DNA of 53,508 nucleotides, counting the filler, from Sphacelaria rigidula (lineage: Eukaryota), in assembly GCA_964200075.2 (NCBI GenBank). It is 4 parts of 4 records of this genome, joined end to end, with 100 filler letters (N's around TTAATTAATTAA, not from the genome) between each part and the next. Parts side by side here need not be neighbours in the genome. Positions count along the whole stretch, not along the records: positions 40,213 to 53,508 come from CAXNAA020002983.1; 3 more parts are not named here. One strand, given 5' to 3'. The position numbers and the translations under genes are program-made. Shown in pieces: positions 50,584 through 53,508 of this stretch. Within the stretch, counting starts at the first letter, position 1. Every line of letters starts with the position of its first letter. The notes below the pieces were generated by a model that saw nothing but the letters and a program-made list of their open reading frames with translations, was not told the DNA's origin and did no database searches.

Positions 50584-51351
50584 TAACAATGTGACGAAGG
50601 GAACTATTTTCGACACTATATTGCCTGTAATCCGCATCATGAATTCAAAATCAGAATATTCCTGAACTTGCAACAAGAAAACCCCCTGACAAAACTGTGA
50701 TTTGGGTAGAAAGATACTGCCTACACACGTCAACTGTACGGGAAGCTTACGGGGGCTCTCTATCAGACCTCGAAGCCCGACCCTCAACGCAGAAAATTTG
50801 ACTTGTCAACGCGTCTTGGACGTTGGTTGTGATTGACGATAACAGTTGTGATTGACGATAACACTGTTTTGTCCGAGATACGTTCGCATTTTGATGAAAC
50901 AGGAATGCTAGTTTATTTACGTGCACTTCAAAACCAACTTGCATCGACTTTTGCGTCAGTTCTCACCTCCCCTCCACCACGGCATGATGATTTTCGCTGT
51001 TTTTGAATAAATTGTAAGAACAAGAGATAATCCGCCCGGTCACTGCATGACTTGAAATCAGCCGATAATTCAACACAGGCTGCCGAGTCATCGTCGTCCT
51101 AGCAACACATCAACTCCAGGAAGGCTTTTCGTTCAGCGGCTTTGGAGCTTGCTACAACTTATTTCATCAACATATTTAAGTGAAAAGCCATTGCTCATGG
51201 GATATGCATCTTTTTGCTTCTCACATGTATCTTTTTCTCACCATCATCCACCATCTACGCAGCAGTGGAGAGCGGAGGTGAATATGACCAATAAAGCTCA
51301 AGGCCAGCTAAACTTGGCACAATGGGGCCAGTAGGGCTAATTCGATAAAAC

Positions 51352-51464
51352 CTCCACCGGCGAAGACGACGACGGTGGTAACAGAGTCTCGCAGAAGAGC
51401 CCAGTAACCATGTTGGCTCTACAGAATACCCCAAACCTTTGAACCTGGCCCTCGCTGTCAACCT
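51352..51464 (-). CDS. Putative exon of the - strand gene
   Basis: Acceptor TTTTCTGTGTGCACCGTCAG| precedes an open frame (VDSEGQVQRFGVFCRANMVTGLFCETLLPPSSSSPVE). The donor is weak and the phase with the upstream exon is unresolved. Confidence 0.4.
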
Positions 51465-51721
51465 CTGACGGTGCACACAGAAAAGCCAGCTTTTCGCAGT
51501 CTGAAAAAAACAACCTCATGCTCCTAGAGTAGCCCTATCTTGGCATGAAGAACAGGAATATGTAGCGTTTCTGTGGGGATGATCGCATATCGCGGAAGAC
51601 GTCTGGCCTCGACAAGAGACAGGAGCTCTGCACAGCATGAGACAAAACATGGCTTCGGGCCTGAAAAACAGGTCTGCGCGGCATGTCAGTATGTCGAAGT
51701 ACTTGACCGAGGATGTCCCAC

Positions 51722-51805
51722 CTTTTGCCTTGAGCGCATGAGGCGGTGCATGTCCATGCCGGTTTTCATGGCCATCCTCATCGAGATTTCATCATCTTGG
51801 TCCTC
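51722..51805 (-). CDS. Putative exon of the - strand gene
   Basis: TTTTTTCGGGGCAG|GAG...AAG|GTGGGA spans 84 nt (EDQDDEISMRMAMKTGMDMHRLMRSRQK). Confidence 0.55.
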
Positions 51806-52904
51806 CTGCCCCGAAAAAAGCAAATCCGCCTCCCGCGGGACATGATCCAAGGACGCCGCAACAGCCGAATTCGGGGATGCAGTGGACGCGGCGGATGCTG
51901 CGCCATGTTCAGTATGTTGAATGTCAAAACGTCAAGAGGGGACGAACGAAACAGCGGCGCGGCATTGCACAACACAGCGACATAAGCCGAGTTAGTTTCT
52001 TCGAGTAACAGCAAAAACAGCAGCAAACAGCAGTAACAGCAGAATGCTTCGCCCGGAGGATGACGACCGGAGCGGCTAAGCGCCGTGGAATAGGCGCGGG
52101 AGCTCGATAGCACGCCATGTGCGGAATTTTAGATACTGTTCTGGAAAATTGCGATGTCATAACGGAGGGGGAAGAAATAGATACGTCGGACGAATATGCC
52201 GGAAATAGGGCCAAAGTTGCCCAACATCGACTAAGCCACTGAAGCGGGATTTCTATTGCTCAAGGTTTGAGATTAAGACTCTGCACTCTTGAAGAGATGT
52301 GCGAACAGACATTTCGACATTTCCAACGCAAGCACGACGGCGGATTTTCTTCGATTACATTTACATTCGGAGATGAGGGCGGGTGTTTTCATTGGAACGT
52401 CGGCCGAGCGGCAAACCGACCCGACTTCAAACACAACTAGAAACAAAAAAACGCACTGGTGACGACCTTCAAATGCTCGCTTCGCACATCTCCCAGAAGT
52501 TTCAGGGCCTACAGTAACTCTCAAACCACGAGTCATCAATCGCCGGAAGCACTGTCGTTTCAAAGTGGTATCAGCCTGTTGGAATAAAAAAGTACAAGAC
52601 GGTGTTCTGATGTTTTGGTGTTTTGGAGTGCAAACGTGAACACTAGCAAACACGATCCAAAACTACACTCGCAGTGACAGGAAAATGATAGCGGGGGAAC
52701 AAAAATAGCTACCTTCATCAAAAACTCTGATCTGCGGATGAGATGCGGAATATTGATCGTCCGAGTATGAACTACACGTGCGGACAAAAACGCGAAACAA
52801 ATTGGTGCACACACTAACTCTAAAACAAAATCGAGCACGCATAGCGTATCGACAAGACACTGAGACATTCCAACACGAGACGGGGAGGGGGGGGGGGCAC
52901 ATAC

Positions 52905-53016
52905 CCATTGAAGGCGGTGCTGACACGAGGGGCGGCGGTGGAGGTGCCGGAGGGGGAGAGGGGCCTTGATCTTCACCGACCGCCGGACTTCGAGCAGGAC
53001 CCCCGGGCCACTTCAC
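52905..53016 (-). CDS. Putative Pro-rich exon of the - strand gene
   Basis: CAACACAG|GTGAAG...ATGG|GTATGT reads VKWPGGPARSPAVGEDQGPSPPPAPPPPPLVSAPPSM. Confidence 0.6.
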
Positions 53017-53508
53017 CTGTGTTGTATTTGCGGAGTTGATTGATTGACTAATCTTCATACCTTAGCTTACCGTCGAGCGATCTCGCCATGGTCGCAAGAT
53101 ACAAGCATCCAAACAAATCACTGCAACGGGGGTGCTGTACTATGCGGGGTTCCACCCCAGTGTGGTCAAAATGACCTGTGACCGGCCACAAGTCCCATCC
53201 GCTATACTGGTATCAAGTAAGTGCACTGAGCCACTTTTTTGGCCCAGGACTGTGCGGCCATGCCCGCCTCGTGACTGACCGCTATTCTGGAACGCATACT
53301 GTGCACTATCGACAAGCGACGTACATACTGACGGCTATGTGCTATCGTACTCCTCGATATTGCCCCACAGCGGGGGGAGGGGGGGGTGTACTCATGATCA
53401 TGCTTGCCATAGTCATAAGACCATTGACCGGGGGGGGGGGGGGGGGGGGGAAATTCAAGTGGCCAAGCCCCCGGGGGGGGGGGGCCCCTCAAGCTCAAGG
53501 GGGGGGGG

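Noticed and set aside
53202..53508. Poly-Pro ORF or G-quadruplex cluster at the window end
   Set aside because: It is driven by G homopolymers like those beside the other contig breaks, so sequence quality is doubtful.
1..53508. Endogenous giant virus (phaeovirus) or prokaryotic defence system
   Set aside because: There is no gene-dense intronless block, no viral hallmark gene and no operon-like structure.

Overview
Eukaryotic, intron-rich, repeat-dense DNA of roughly 50% GC. I infer a brown alga (Phaeophyceae, Ectocarpus-like) from the long TE-filled introns and the LINE C-terminal peptides. It is four contigs joined by 100-nt artificial linkers (44N-TTAATTAATTAA-44N), so adjacency across them is unproven. 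Host genes: (1) 3' exons of a + strand TPR-like gene ending at 16135; (2) an isolated first exon of a Vps34-like class III PI3K (- strand, 29559-29916); (3) a large five-exon + strand gene (33934-42165) encoding a low-complexity RG/RGG and coiled-coil protein; (4) the 3' exons of a convergent - strand Pro/Gln/Ser-rich gene ending at 43433. The rest is mostly mobile DNA: two tRNA-derived SINE families (some copies nested), LINE 3' ends, a Ty1/copia 3' fragment with PPT and LTR, a deleted hAT element and MITE/foldback elements. Reading across frameshifts suggests three decayed coding relics that the ORF track hides: a RecQ-type helicase C-terminal half, an apparently intronless BAH-ELM2-SANT(-Zn finger) cassette, and a P-superfamily-like transposase. 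I found no intact, clearly novel functional system. The relics are the best leads and rest on manual motif matching only. Most short ORFs in the track are noise.
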